Both the position numbers and the translations under genes were made by a program. The notes under the pieces were generated by a model. It was given only the letters and a program-made list of their open reading frames with translations. It had not been told where the DNA came from and searched no databases. DNA of 64,000 nt from Octopus sinensis. Its lineage: Eukaryota. Positions 1 through 12,929 of this stretch are shown here, one piece after another (within the stretch, counting starts at the first letter, position 1; every line of letters starts with the position of its first letter). The stretch covers positions 496,001 through 560,000 of the forward strand of contig NC_043025.1 in NCBI RefSeq assembly GCF_006345805.1, read 5' to 3'.

Positions 1-250
1 AGTATGAAGACAGGGAAAGCCCCAGGTCCATCAGGAATTACTGCAGAGAGGCTCAAAATATCTGGCAGTGTTGGTTATAGCCTAGTCACCCGTATAGTTA
101 ACCAGTTGATACACGAAGGAGTCATACCCAATGACTGGTGTAGCAGCATAATAGTCAACTGCTACAAAGGTAAAGGTGACGCTTTAGATACAAATAATTA
201 CAGAGGTATCAAGCTGTTGGATCAGGTAATGAAGGTTACGGAGAGGGTCA
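1..250 (+). mobile_element. RTE-clade LINE, start of the RT domain; continues at 3263
   Basis: Translation KAPGPSGITAE...IPNDW...YKGKGD...NYRGIKLL...MKVTERVI is typical of RTE ORF2 just upstream of the RT core. It ends in a microsatellite. Confidence 0.9.
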
Positions 251-458
251 TATGTTTGTATATATATTTGTATGTATATGTTTGTATATATATTTGTGTA
301 TATATGTTTGTATATATATTTGTATATATGTGTTTGTATATATGTTTGTATATATATATATGTTTGTATATATATATTTGTATATATATGTCTGTATATA
401 TATATTTGTATATATGTTTGTATATAGATTTGTATATATATGTTTGTATATTTGTATA
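250..458. repeat. Compound TATATGTTTG/TATATATTTG microsatellite at the 3' tail of the CR1-group element
   Basis: Visible repeat of ~10-12 bp units. It produces the spurious Y/I/C/V-rich ORFs in the track. Confidence 0.9.
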
Positions 459-3186
459 TAAACTTAGATAAACCTTGATATGTTTCGACCAAAGATTGGT
501 CCAGGCCATGTCTAACTTAATAGCACCACCTGATAGGATTATTTGAATCCTGTTTAAGTCAAGTTTTGTTTATGGTCCATTCAAGTAGTGAGTTTTTGTT
601 GGGTGAGTTGAAGCCAATTATGGGTGGCTTATCTGGTATTCCTTGAAGGAATCTATCCAGACTCCGTTTAAAGTTGATGGGATCCTGTTCCTCTTTGATC
701 TCTTTCGGGACAATGTTAAATAGGGCAGGGCCTGTTGAGGAAAAGAAATTATGTTGCAGTGTACATGTATGTTGTGATCTTGAATTGGGCAGGGGACGTA
801 TAGCCCGTGGTCCAAGTCTTGGATGAACCTTGAAGCTAATGTTTAGGTCGTTTGGGCTTAGTTAGCGGTATATTTTCCACATCGTACAAATGATGTACCG
901 CTCACGGCGACGCTGGAGGGAGTAAAGTTTCAAGGCTTTAAGGCGATCCCAATAATCGACAGCAGCCATGCCTTCAATTCGTTTAGTGAGTGCCCTCTGG
1001 GGTGACTCAATTCTGGAGATGTTTTGTCTTGTGTGAGGAGACCACAGTGGACAGCAGTATTCGAGGTGTGGCCGTACAAAGGAGGAGAAAAGTGGTATGA
1101 TGACACCTTGTTCTCTGGACCGGAAAGTTCTTAAGATCCAGGAACTCATCCTACGAGCTATATCGACCTTCTTGTTGATGTGTGCACTCCAACTGAGATC
1201 GTCATCAACAATTACACCCAGGTCTGATATTGTTAGAGGCTGTAAGCGGTTCCCCTTTTATTGAGGAATTTCTTCCAAAATGCATCAGCTCAAATTTTCC
1301 CTTGTTCAGTTGCATTTTGTCTCTGTGTGCCCATTGACTCACAGCATATAGATCAGACTGGAGTTGAGTTCGGTCTGCTTCTTCATTGACGATTTGCTGG
1401 AGCTTAGTGTCATCAGCAAATATTTTCACTTTGCAGTAATGTACGACACTGGAAAGGTCGTTTATGTAAATTATGAAGAGTAGCAGACCCAAAACAGTCT
1501 CCTGGGGGACACCGCTGGTGACTTATGCTGGGCTTGAGTGGACTCCATCAACTACAACATGTGTTTTATTCGCCAGGAAATACTTGATCCAGTGTAGAAC
1601 TTTTCCACGGATTCCAACATTTGCCAATTTTGAGAGTAGGATATTATGGTCTACCCTGTCGAACGCTTCACTGAAGTCAAGATATATGACATCAGAGTTC
1701 GAACCTGTTCCCAAGGCTTTGAGTACATCTTCAATGTGGTGTAAGAGCCGTGTTAGACAGTCCCTGCCACAGCGAAAGCCATGCTGATTTGCATTTAGGA
1801 GTTTGTGGGTCTCCAGGAAGTCAGCTATCCTTGATCTTAACACAATTTCAAACACTTTGATGATGTGGGAGGTGAGTGAGATTGGGCGATAGTTGAGTGC
1901 GAGGGATCTGTTTCCCTGTTTGAAAACCGGGATGACTGACTTGGATAGAAACTGTTTCGGTATATAACCTGCGTCTAACGAATTTCTCCAGAGGTTGGTC
2001 AGAGGGACTGCAAGTTGGTATTTACATTCCTTCAGGAGACTAGCGGGGAATCTATCAGGGCCTACAGCAGAGTAGTATTTGATCTCATTTATTGCTGCTG
2101 TGATGTCAGTGGCAATAAAAGGTTATGTCTGAGATTTTATGTTGAGGGTCAACTTTGTTCGCTTCTCTTGCGTCAATATCAGACAGAGCAGTATTATTTC
2201 TGCAGTATTTCTACCATTTCTTTAGTATCGTGTTGGGGAATGCCGTTATCATCAATCAATGGCCCAATGGGTGAGACAGTGGTTCTATGCTTATTTGCAT
2301 AAGAATAGAACACTTTTGGGTTATGTTTGATGTTTTTGATTACCCACTGTTCCTCCACAGCTCTTTGATTTTCAATGGAGGTTTTCATGTCGTTCTGTAG
2401 ATGAAGTTTTTCCAGCTCTAGCCTTTTCATTGTTGTTGAATTTGGATGTTGTATGTGGGAATATTTTAATTGGTTGATTTTGTTTGTTGAGTCTTTTGAT
2501 GCGCCTGATGAGTGTTTTTTTCTTTTTAGGGAGCCGTTTCTGTTTGTGTTAGTAGATTTCGTGGGAGCGTGTTTAGCGCATGTATAGGTGACAATGTTTT
2601 CAAAGTGCTGCCATGCGGTCTCAGTATGGGTGGAATTGTGAGTGAAAGATAAGTCTATGCAAGACAGATCCTTTCTGGTTGCTCCCCAGTCCGCTTTGTG
2701 AAAGTTTATGTTGTCAAATGAGTGCCATGGAGTGGGATTGGCTGGTTTGGTTTTTATATGTCGGGAATTGAAATTGCAGAGTACCATGTCGTGGTATGAG
2801 AGGAGAGTTTTTTCAACTGAAATACTGTGAACGAAGCTAGAGTGATTCGTCAATACCAGATCCAAGATCGTTTTATTCTGTCTCGTTGGTTCGAGCACTA
2901 GCTGAGTCAGGAAGTATTCATCCATTAGATTAAAGAGCAGTTCTGCTGCTGCTCTATCTGATGTAGAGCATTTGCCTAACTTCAGAGTATTTGTGGGCCA
3001 GTTCACATAAGGGAGGTTAAAATCACCCATCCACTAGTATGTTTCCGGAGTTGTACTTCCGAAGGAAGGACTTGACTTTACTAAGGCACTCTTCAAAGCA
3101 CTTCAAAAGTGTTAACAGATCAAGTTACCAATTCCAGAATATTCTGTCTTCGAGGTCATCATATTTTTTTTGTATTTTGTTGTCCC
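455..3186 (-). mobile_element. CR1-group LINE, 5'-truncated and decayed (end of APE endonuclease, RT, 3' end)
   Basis: ORF fragments read MGDFNLP (APE), QHGFR...YLDFSEAFDRV (RT), IFADDTK and FVRPHLEYCCPLWSP...RRRERY. A 3' stem-loop GACCA-ATCTT-TGGTC precedes the tail. Multiple frameshifts are present. Confidence 0.9.
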
Positions 3187-3202
3187 TATGTATGTATGTA
3201 TG

Positions 3203-3262
<60 letters not shown>

Positions 3263-3266
<4 letters not shown>

Positions 3267-4846
3267 GAATTCCGAGTAGAAGTAGGTGTACACCAAGGCT
3301 CAGCCCTCAGTCCCCTTTTATTCATCATAGTCCTCCAGGCAATAACAGAGGAATTCAAAACAGGTTGCCCCTGGGAGCTCCTCTATGCTGATGACCTGCC
3401 TCTCATAGCAGAATCACTACCGGAACTAGAAAAGAAATTTCGGGTGTGGAAACAAGGGTTAGAATCAAAAGGCCTTAGAGTAAATGTAGCAAAGACCAAA
3501 GTTATAGTAAGCAGAAAGGCGAACTCAGCACACACCCCATCGGGCAGGTGGCCCTGCTCGATCTGTAGGAAAGGTGTAGGTAGAAACTCCATAAGATGCA
3601 CCCAGTGTAAGCTATGGACGCATAAGAGGTGCAGCAACATCAAAGGGAAATTAACTGATAAGATAGCTTTCATGTGCGGCAGATGCACAGGGACAATAGA
3701 CACCACAAATACTCAGAAAAACTATTCCATCACACCCCAGGGGGAAACTAGAAGTAGTTGATAGTTTCCGCTACCTGGGTGACCAAGTTAGTAGTGAAGG
3801 TGGATGCTCAGAGAGTGTCACCACTAGAATACGAATAGCCTGAGCAAAGTTTAGAAAGCTCCTACCCCTACTGGCGACAAAGGGTCTCTCACTCAGAGTG
3901 AAAGGTAGATTGTATGATGCATGTGTGCGAACTGCCATGCTTCACGATAGTGAAACATGGGCCGTGACTGCAGAGGACATGCGTAGACTTGAAAGAAATG
4001 AAGCTAGCATGATCCGCTGGATGTGTAATGTCAGTGTGAACGCACGACAGAGTGTAAGCACCCTGAGAGAAATGCTGGGCATAAGAAGCATCAGATGTGG
4101 TGTGCAAGAGCGTCGCTTGCGATGGTATGGTCATGTACTGTGGATGGATGAGGAGAGATGTGTGAAGAAGTGCCGCTCCCAAACAGTTGAAGGAATCAGG
4201 GGGATAGGTAGACCCAGGAAGACATGGGATGAGGTTGTCAAGCATGACCTCAGAGCGTTGGGCCTCACTGAGGCAATGGCGAAGGACCGAGATCTCTGGA
4301 GATGTGCTGTGACTGCAAAGACCCGGGATGCTTCCGGCACCAGTTCCGCATAGCCCTGCCATTCAAGTACCTTGGATCCCAGAACATCTCGCTGTGCTTG
4401 AGGAGACCTGTTGAGTCAAGTGCATGTACATGAACATCGAAACAAATATCAATGGAAATAGTAGTTGTGATACCTGTGCCAGTGGCACATAAAAAGCATC
4501 ATCCGAACGTGGCCGATGCCAGCGCCGCCTCGACTGGCTTCTGTGCCGGTGGCACATAAAAAGCACCATCCGAACGTGGCCGATGCCAGCGCCGCCTCGG
4601 CTGGCTTCCGTGCCGGTAGCACGTTAAAAGCACTAACCAATCGTAGCCGATGCCAGACCCCCTCCTGGCACCTGTGCAGGTGGCACGTAAAAAGCACTCA
4701 CTACACTCACTGAATAGTTGGCGTTAGGAAGGGCATCCAGCTGTAGAAACACTGCCAGATCAGACTGGAGCCAGGTGCAGACCCCAGTCGAACAGTCCAA
4801 CCCGTGCTAGCGCGGAAAACGGACGTTAAACGATGATGATGATGAT
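3263..4846 (+). mobile_element. RTE-clade LINE, RT C-terminal part, 3' UTR and (GAT)n tail
   Basis: GVHQGSALSPLLF and LLYADDL motifs, a CxxC...CxxC insert and LRWYGHV. The 3' UTR carries 67-bp repeats and ends GGACGTTAAAC(GAT)5. Confidence 0.92.
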
Positions 4847-4883
4847 ATCTATCTATCTATCTATCTATATATATATATATATA

Positions 4884-5263
4884 CTAGCAGTATCGCCCGG
4901 CGTTGCTCGGTTTTGTAAGGGAAATAACTATAAAGCATTTTTAGAGAGTTATAGCCAAAAAATAGCAAAAAATGGGGAAAAAAATTATGGTAAATTTTTT
5001 TGAGTTAAAAAGGTCGAGTTGCGTCCCCTAGACAGTCTGTTGTTTGTGTTTCTGATTCTCGACCCATGTCGAATTTATCGATTTTTTTCAGAACTGGTGG
5101 AAGTTTTCAAAATTTTCGGTGCGTTAGTTTTGAATTATGACATTGGGCTATGTGTGTGTCAAGTTTCATCAGAATCGGTTGAAAGCCGTGGTCAGGGTGA
5201 GGGTACAAGCAAACAGACACACAGAAACACGCACAGACAAACTGCCGTTTATATATAGAGAGA
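4884..5263 (-). mobile_element. Non-autonomous Helitron (Lep1-like), copy 1
   Basis: On the minus strand: A|TCTCTCTATATATAAACGGCAG...CCGAGCAACGCCGGGCGATACTGCTAG|T. This gives a 5' TC, a 3' GC hairpin plus CTAG, and insertion between A and T. Near-identical to 49706-50078. Confidence 0.85.
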
Positions 5264-5275
5264 TATATTTATATA

Positions 5276-5360
5276 GGCGTAGGACTGACTGTGAGGTAAG
5301 TAGCTCGCTTACCACCCATAGAGTTCCGGGTTCAGTCCGACTGCGTGGCATTTTGGGCAT
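5276..5360 (+). mobile_element. tRNA-derived SINE family A, 5' fragment
   Basis: Degenerate match to the family head GGCGCAGGAGTGGCTGTGTGGTAAG...GGGTTCAGTCCCACTGCGTGGCA. Confidence 0.7.
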
Positions 5361-5739
5361 ACATATATATAATGTATGTATGTGTGTCTATACTTATATC
5401 TTCAGCTTTATGTGTGTGTTTGCCTGTGTGTGTGTGTGTGTGTGTACATTGTGAACATAGAGATGACTGAATTTTCATGTTCTGATTATCGCCTTGTTGA
5501 ACATGCGAAAGGGCCTTTATCCGATCATATTTGTCGTTAGGAAATATTTTTGCGCGCGCACACACACACACACACACTCACACTCACTCACTCACTCACT
5601 CGCCGATGATCACAACCAACCATATCTTCCCGTACTTTTTGTTTTTCGATTTCACTGCATTTAAAACTACCTTATACCACGTGACTCTTCTAAACACTAT
5701 GCTACGATTCGAGGAAGATGTGGCTGCAATCTGTGTGTA

Positions 5740-5880
5740 GGCGCAGGCGGCTCTGTGGTATAATATTTGCTTCCCGACGAAATGGTTCCGGTTTCTGTTC
5801 CACTGCACTGTACCTTGTGCAACTGTCTTTACTATAGCCTGGTGGATTTGGTATATGGAAACTAAAAGAAGCCTGTCGCA
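5740..5880 (+). mobile_element. tRNA-derived SINE family A, decayed 5' half
   Basis: Head plus GGATTTGGTA...GGAAACTAAAAGAAGCCTGTCG motif. Confidence 0.7.
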
Positions 5881-5899
5881 TATATATATATTATTATTG

Positions 5900-6285
5900 T
5901 TATTTCGTGTTATTTTTGTATTCATATTCGTATAACATCGTCCGTTTTCTGTCCTTGTTTCGTATACATTCGAAGCTTTTTTCCAAGGAATCTAATGCGC
6001 TTAACTTAGTTTTTCCTTGGGGCTGGTCAGATTGTAGCAATCTCAAGATTAATCAGCCGAAATTGCGAGGATGATCCGGTTCTTCACTGAAGATTGAAGG
6101 CTTCGAATGACTCGTCCGTGTTTTTTGTATCGTCTTCTGAATGTTTTGTTATTTTTTCAGCGATTTTACTGTAAACATTAGCTTTTACACAATCTTTTTG
6201 GTGAGTGTACCAAGCGTTTATCAGTGAACTGATTACATTTTCAACCCAGTAGTGTTTTGGAATATTATTGGCCATATTTAGTGGA
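5900..6285. mobile_element. Unclassified dispersed repeat, possibly a Penelope-like element fragment
   Basis: The minus-strand ORF NNIPKHYWVENVISSLINAW resembles N-terminal regions of Penelope-like ORFs, from memory only. No catalytic motif is visible. Confidence 0.3.
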
Positions 6286-6461
6286 TATATGCGTGTGTGG
6301 GTAAATACACGTATATATGTATGTAAATATATATAAATATATATATGTATATATCTATGTATGTATGTATGTGTGTGTGTGTATATATATATATATATAC
6401 ATGTATATATTGATATGTGTATGTTTGCATATATATATATACTTGTATATATATGTATATA

Positions 6462-8273
6462 GATGAAGTAATGACATCAATAAGTAAATTGAATCTTGGT
6501 AGGGCACCTGGAAAGGATGGAATTTGTGCTGAGGTCTTGCGATTTGGTGGTAATTGCATCACACAGTCCCTTCATGAACTTATTAGTGCAGTCTGGAGGG
6601 ATGGTGCAATCCCTAAAGACTGGAAGGATGCAATTATTCTTCCTCTATATAAAGGAAAAGGAGCCAGAACAATGTGTGGTAACTACAGAGGTATTGCTCT
6701 ACTATCAGCTGCTGGTAAGGTTCTGGTAAATATTCTTCTTGCCCGTCTGAATGGGTGTCTCGTAAATGATGTCCTATCTGAATCTCAATGTGGCTTCCGA
6801 TCTGGTAGAGGGACAATGGATATGATTTTCACAGCAAGACAGATGCATGAGAAGTGCTATGAGCAGAATATGGATCTTGTCCAGGTATTCATTGATTTAG
6901 CTAAGGCCTTAGATACCGTAAATAGGGCCTTTCTATGGAAAATACTTGGCAAACTTGGATGTCCGGATCACTTTGTATCTATAATTAAATCATTTCATGA
7001 TGGGATGGAGGCTTAGGTCAATGTTGGTGGTGCCATGGTGGGACCCATTCCTGTAGAGAATGGTGTCAAGCAGGGTGACATCCTTGCCCCAACTCTCTTT
7101 TCTTTGTACTTTGCTGCTACTTTTACTCATGCTTTTGCTAAAGTTAGCTCTCTGGGAATATATGTCAGATGTCTATCTTCTGGCCGCCTCTTTAATTTTC
7201 GCCAATTTGCTGCCAATTCAAAGGTTTTCCAGACTATTATTCGTGACCTCCTTTATGCAGATGACTGTGACTTAGTCACTCATACAGTAGATGACATGCA
7301 AATAATCATGAATTGCATTTCTGCTTCTTGCAGAGCATTTGGACTCAGCATTAGCCTGGACAAGACTGTTGTAATGTTCCAGCCTGCACCAGGAAATCCA
7401 TATATAGAACCAGCTATCTTCGTTGAAGGAACAATTCTGAAGGTAGTAGACAAGTAGTCTATCTGGGCAGCACATTCAGCCGTTCTTGCTCCCTGGATGA
7501 GGAACTATCTTTCAGGTTGCAGAGAGCAACTAATTCCTTCCAGTCTCTTCAGTCTCGTGTCTGGTACCAACATGGCATCGCAAGGAGAACAAAAGTTGCT
7601 GTGTACCGTACTTATGTACTGACATCGCTTCTCTACTCATGTGAGATATGGACTCTGTACAAGCGTCAGGTAAGGGTCCTTGAACGTTTCCATCAGAGAT
7701 GTCTCAGACACATTCTCAATGTTAGCTGGACCTCAAAAGCTTCAGACACACAGATCCTGAGGACAGCTGATATCTTGAGTATTGAAGCGGTGGTGCACAA
7801 GCACCGGTTGCGTTGGACTGGACACCTTATTCGAATGAAGGATAGAAGGATTCCTAAGCAGATGCTCTATGGAGAACTTGTGAATGGAAGGAGACTCCGG
7901 CAGAAACCAAGACTGCGATTTAAGGACTGTGTCAAGTCCTCATTAAAGGCCTGTGATATGCAGGACACTGACTGGGAGAGCAATACCTGTCATCGCCACA
8001 GATGGAGGAAGCAGATGGAGGACACTTTTGAGAGAGCACGTATCCAGCATGAAGAACTTAAGCGAGCTGCGCGAAAGCGCACGGCTCGTATAGTGAATGG
8101 GGAAAGTTTGGTCTGCAAAGTTTGCAGTCGTGTATGCTTGTCAAGAGCAGGGCTCATTAGCCACCAACGGAGCCACAAATGCAAAATATAAGTTAGTCCT
8201 CGTAGAGCGCACAATGTTCCTGAAGGTCGGCAATGGTTTTCTTCGGTCACGAGTGGACGGTCATTATTATTAT
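6462..8273 (+). mobile_element. RTE-BovB-like LINE, 5'-truncated (RT plus C-terminal zinc finger)
   Basis: QCGFRSGRGT, GVKQGDILAP, LLYADDC, LRWTGH and the C2H2-like CKVCSRVCLSRAGLISHQRSH. Premature TAG stops at 7014 and 7455; (ATT)n tail. Flanked by TA-rich microsatellite on both sides. Confidence 0.92.
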
Positions 8274-8279
8274 GTATTC

Positions 8280-8334
<55 letters not shown>

Positions 8335-8479
8335 CGCGCACCGTCTTTAGTCAATCAAAACGTACCCTAGGACTTATTCTTTGGAATGCTAGTACTCATT
8401 CTAACCGTTACGTTACGGCAGCGTATGTGTGGACTGTGCTCAAACACGCACTAACACACATACGTCCGAACACACACAC

Positions 8480-8930
8480 ACACATAGATACATGCAAAGA
8501 TGCACACTTGTAGGTATTTATGCTTTAAATATGTTGACTTTAAAACTTTGACATTCTGAAGAAATTAAATGAGTGTGTTTGTAAGCCAATATGTGTGTGT
8601 GCTTTAATTTCTGTGTCTGTGTTTGCGCGCACCTGTGTGACAGAGTGTTTCCGGTTCAATGTTTGTGCCTGAGCGTGTGTGTGTGAGTGAGTGAGTGAGT
8701 GAGTGAGTGTGTACATGTGTGTTTTCATTGCTAGGTGTGTGAGTTTGTAACTGTGTTTTCATTTCTGTGTGTGAGTATGTGTGATTATTTTCATTTCCGT
8801 GCGTGTGTGTGAGTGAATGTAATTATTTCTATGTGTTCGAGTGTGTGTGTTTGTGAGTGTGTAACTGTGTGTTTTCATTTCTGTGTTTGTGCGTGTGTGT
8901 GAGTGAGTGTTTTCATTTCTGTGTTGGAAA
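8480..8930. repeat. Unclassified CA/GT-rich dispersed repeat family (also 20620-20870 and its array copies, and 47180-47790)
   Basis: Shared motif GATACATGCAAAGA.GCA.ACT.GTA.CTATTTATG.TTTAAATATGTTGACTTTAAAACT occurs in inverted orientation at the other sites. Confidence 0.6.
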
Positions 8931-9179
8931 TAGGTCAGATAGCAATATCAATCAGGATACGTTGAAGTGACCCCTGACCTGTTGGAGTTTGGTAATTTGG
9001 TGCACTACATTCATTGACAAGTGTTGATATGTGCGTGTGGAAAACTGGAAATGATCTTACGATCTCTTGTATTTTATTTTTGATCTGTTTTACAGATCCA
9101 GGTACTGTGTGCGCATACGTTTGTGTGTGAGTGAATGTATTTATTTCTATGTGTTCGAGTGTGTGCGTTTGTGTTCCTC

Positions 9180-9545
9180 CTACTACTACTACAGTCTACC
9201 TATCTCTCTCTCTCTCTCTCTACCACCACCACTATCATTCGTACACTGTAACCGCTCACCACCACTCCCACCATCATTATACAGTCGCTACCACCACCAT
9301 CACCACCCCATCAGTAGAGTAACTTCTCCCCACCACTATCACCATCATCGGTACACCGGTATCTCCCGCCACCCCCACATCAGTTCTGAGTAACTTTCAC
9401 CACCACCACAACAGTCACCATCACCACCCTCATCGGTACAGAGTGTTCTATCACGACATTATCTCTCACCACACCACAACACCGTCACCACCATCAGTAC
9501 AGAGTGACTTCCTCTCACCACGACGCACTTTTTACCTTTTACTAC
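9180..9545. repeat. Degenerate CAC-rich tandem repeat
   Basis: About five units of (CAC)n-CATC(A/G)GTA...GAGT(A/G)ACTT with variable spacing. Confidence 0.65.
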
Positions 9546-10020
9546 CACCACCATCAGCAGCAGCTCTTAGTGCAATGTTTAAAAGCCATTATCAAACTCA
9601 CTACAAGGATTATTATGTTGCTATCTCTTCCGCTCGTGTGTCCAAATGGTCACCCTGTCGTGGACTTAGGCCAGTTCCTTACCTCCACCTTGGACAATGA
9701 AAAGGTCAGTATATTACACATTTAAATACATATAAACATTGTAAACAATACGGTTTTAGTTTGTTTCCTTATGGTGCGTGGTTTTTGCTGAAATCCGCGT
9801 TGTCGATCATGTTTAAAACCCCTACTTCTACAGTCTTTACTGAACCAGTAGGTGGATTATGGGTGATCGGAGAGACGTTCCAACCGTGACCGATCGGAAA
9901 ACTATGTCATCGATGTATATGGCTCTTTCTATACATATATATGACAATTTTTCCAAGGACAATGGTTAAAATTCAAACTTGTTTTATTTTATTGTTTTTT
10001 TTTAAATATATTTTACATGC

Positions 10021-10413
10021 GCAGGAGTGGCTGTGTGGTAAGTAGCTTGCTACCAACCACATGGTTCCGGGTTCAGTCCCACTGCGTGGCATCTTGGGCA
10101 AGTGTATTCTGCTATAGCCCCGGGCCGACCAATGCCTTGTGAGTGGATTTGGTAGACGGAAACTGAAAGAATCCTGTCGTATATATGTATATATGTATGT
10201 ATGTGTGTGTGTCTGTGTTTGTTCCCCTAGCATTGCTTGACAACCGATGATGATGTGTTTACGTCCCCGTCACTTAGCGGTTCGGCAAAAGAGACCAATA
10301 GAATAAGTACTGGGCTTACAAAGAATAAGTCCCGGGATCGATTTACTCGACTAAAGGCGGTGCTCCAGCATGGCCGCAGTCAAATGATTGAAACAAGTAA
10401 AAGAGTAAAGAGT
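10021..10413 (+). mobile_element. tRNA-derived SINE family A, full length, with ATGC target duplication
   Basis: A-box-like TGGCTGTGTGG, B-box-like GGGTTCAGTCCC, CCTTGGGCAAG-type core and an AAGAGT tail. Absent from the duplicate (empty site TTACATGCATAC at ~40675). ATGC occurs at 10017-20 and 10414-17. Confidence 0.92.
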
Positions 10414-12929
10414 ATGCATACATATATAATACATATGTTTATTTACACATGCTCATATGTGCATGCATGTACATATTTATACACAAATATACACAACATA
10501 CGGCACACACATACACAGACACGTGTACACATATATACATCTACACATATGTACATACGTATCAAACAATGTACGCTCGTACGGTTAGATATAACTGCAT
10601 ATATGTATTTTAGTACCATGCATTTCAACATTTATGCATGGATTACTACATGTAAATGAGAGAGAGAGAGAGGTGCTTATAGAATACTTGTTCTAAACGA
10701 TTATCAAGAACACACACTCACACATGAATCATAAACTCCGTATTTTTGTACGTGTTCCGCAAAAAAAAAAACAGAAGAAAATAACCTGTAAATGTATCTA
10801 TTTTACAATGGATTAATTTATAACCGAACAAATACGGAACTATAGCGGCTGAAAATTGGTGTCTGACTTTACGCAAAGCATTGTGGGATTGTTGTATGTT
10901 TTTCAATGGCGCCGGTCTGAATTTTTTATTGAATTTTCGTCTTTGAATGTTTGTCCTGCAGCTGACAATTTTGAAATAAGTAAGTAAGAAATTATTATTA
11001 TTGTTATTGTTAATATCTAGAAAAAAATAAGTAAGAGTATTTGGTGACGATGTAAAGACAAAAGCTGAAGGAAGTCTGTTGTGTTCGAGGGCCTCGCTTT
11101 TCATTTTCTTTAGTGGCAAAATGTATAAAAAGTTTGGAGTTCAGATTCATAATTAAGATGTTGGTTAAAACGAAAGGTTATCTTTCGTTTCTAGTAGACC
11201 TTTCCGTCGATTTCCGTAAAAAACTTTTATTTTTTTTACATATGGGTTTGCGGGAACTTTTGAAGTAATGAGAGCGAAAGAGACTAAGAGGAAGCGATTG
11301 TATGAGGAGGGAATTTCTTTTTGAAGTTACCGCGAATGGGAAGCTTTGATGTACATGTGTGTGTGTGTGTGTGTTTGATGGGGTGTGGGGCACAGAAAGT
11401 ATGTTGTGTAAGTGAAGTGCTTCTGTTAGTGTGTGTGAAGAGACAGAGAGAGATAACTGAAATTTTTTACTCGGTGTATGTGTATATGTATGTATGCATG
11501 TATGTGTGTGTGTGTGTGTGTGTGGTGTTGTGTATCTATCTATGTATGTGTTGTGTGTGTTGTATGTATGGCCGATTCAGTGTTTACATTATTTCGAGTT
11601 AAAACGAGAGATTACCTTTGCCTGTTATGTAACGGTCTACTATGTAGAAAACAATGAGGTTGACTCAATGGAATAATGACATTGATCGAAATATAGACAC
11701 ATTTTTTTTATTTAATCGTTATACATGCCTTGTCGACTGCTATTGTGCAGCCTTAATGTCTCTGTTGATGTGACGATGGTGATATGGTAAGAAAAGACGG
11801 GAGAGTTATAAAATGAGGAGGAGATATTCTTCTCATGAGAAAGAGTTGCATGCAAAGGAAAAAAAAAAGTTAAGTCTATAGATGTGCACAGAAAACTGGG
11901 TGCAAGCATGCATATATATGCATGTAACATGAGAACATGTAAAAGTTTCCATTTGCATAATACTTGGCTGCTTGTCACTTCAAATAAAGAGTAGTGAACT
12001 GATATTAAAGCCAAAATTTTCCTTTCGCTACTATTAGGATGTTTTTCATTTTTACTTTCAGGGTTAAAAAATGAATGATTACACTTATGGTTTACATGCG
12101 AACTTTTGTTTATTTTATATCTTTCTATATGTTGGATATGCAAATTTCACGAAGCGGGGATAGACACAACTGTCTTCACCACAACCCACTTCAGATTACT
12201 CTACTAAACACAATACTTCTAATAAATATAAACTCTGAACAATGTCAACAACTTCCATGAACTCCCAATGACTCTCTTTGTCTCAACCAATATGCTAATT
12301 TTTTTATAAGAGTTTTGCTAGTCCATTCTTCCAATCCCATAGGGGTGCCAATGACTCTCACCACAACAGTTTATACATGTAGACTTTTCTTTATACATGT
12401 AGATTTTACCAAGCAAGTAGCCCATGCGAAGCTTCAACTATATGTAAGTACATAATTTTTTTGTTAAATTAAGTTTTCTGTTAGTTAACCATAGCTGTTT
12501 GTAAATTGAACAACTGTTTCTCTGTGTATATTGAACAATTTCCATAAGACATATATGTTTGCAAATGTAAAATATGTTTGTTTCCCAATACCATGGTTTA
12601 GGGTCTAGTTCTACTGTGTGTCATTTTGGGCAAGAGTCTTCGACTATAGGTAGGGACCAACAAATGCATTTTTAGTGAAAGTGGTTGATGGGAACTATAT
12701 GATGCTTATTGCATGTGTGTGTATACACCATATCAATTATGTGATGCATGTTATAGGTAACTGTTGACAAAAGTGCAAAATACTCATTGAAAAATCAAAA
12801 TAATTTAGAGTAATGTCAAGAAGGGATGTGGAATGGATAGTGAAGGTGTCCCCCAGTATTGCAGCCTGGGCCTATGTGTCATCTTGCTACTGCAAGAGAG
12901 TACAGACCATTGAATGTTTGTGAAATATT

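Noticed and set aside
12061-12445. Exon-like segment with good acceptor and GTAAGT donor, Thr/Ser-rich look (also in copy 2)
   Set aside because: Stops occur in all three frames in both copies, with no recognisable domain.
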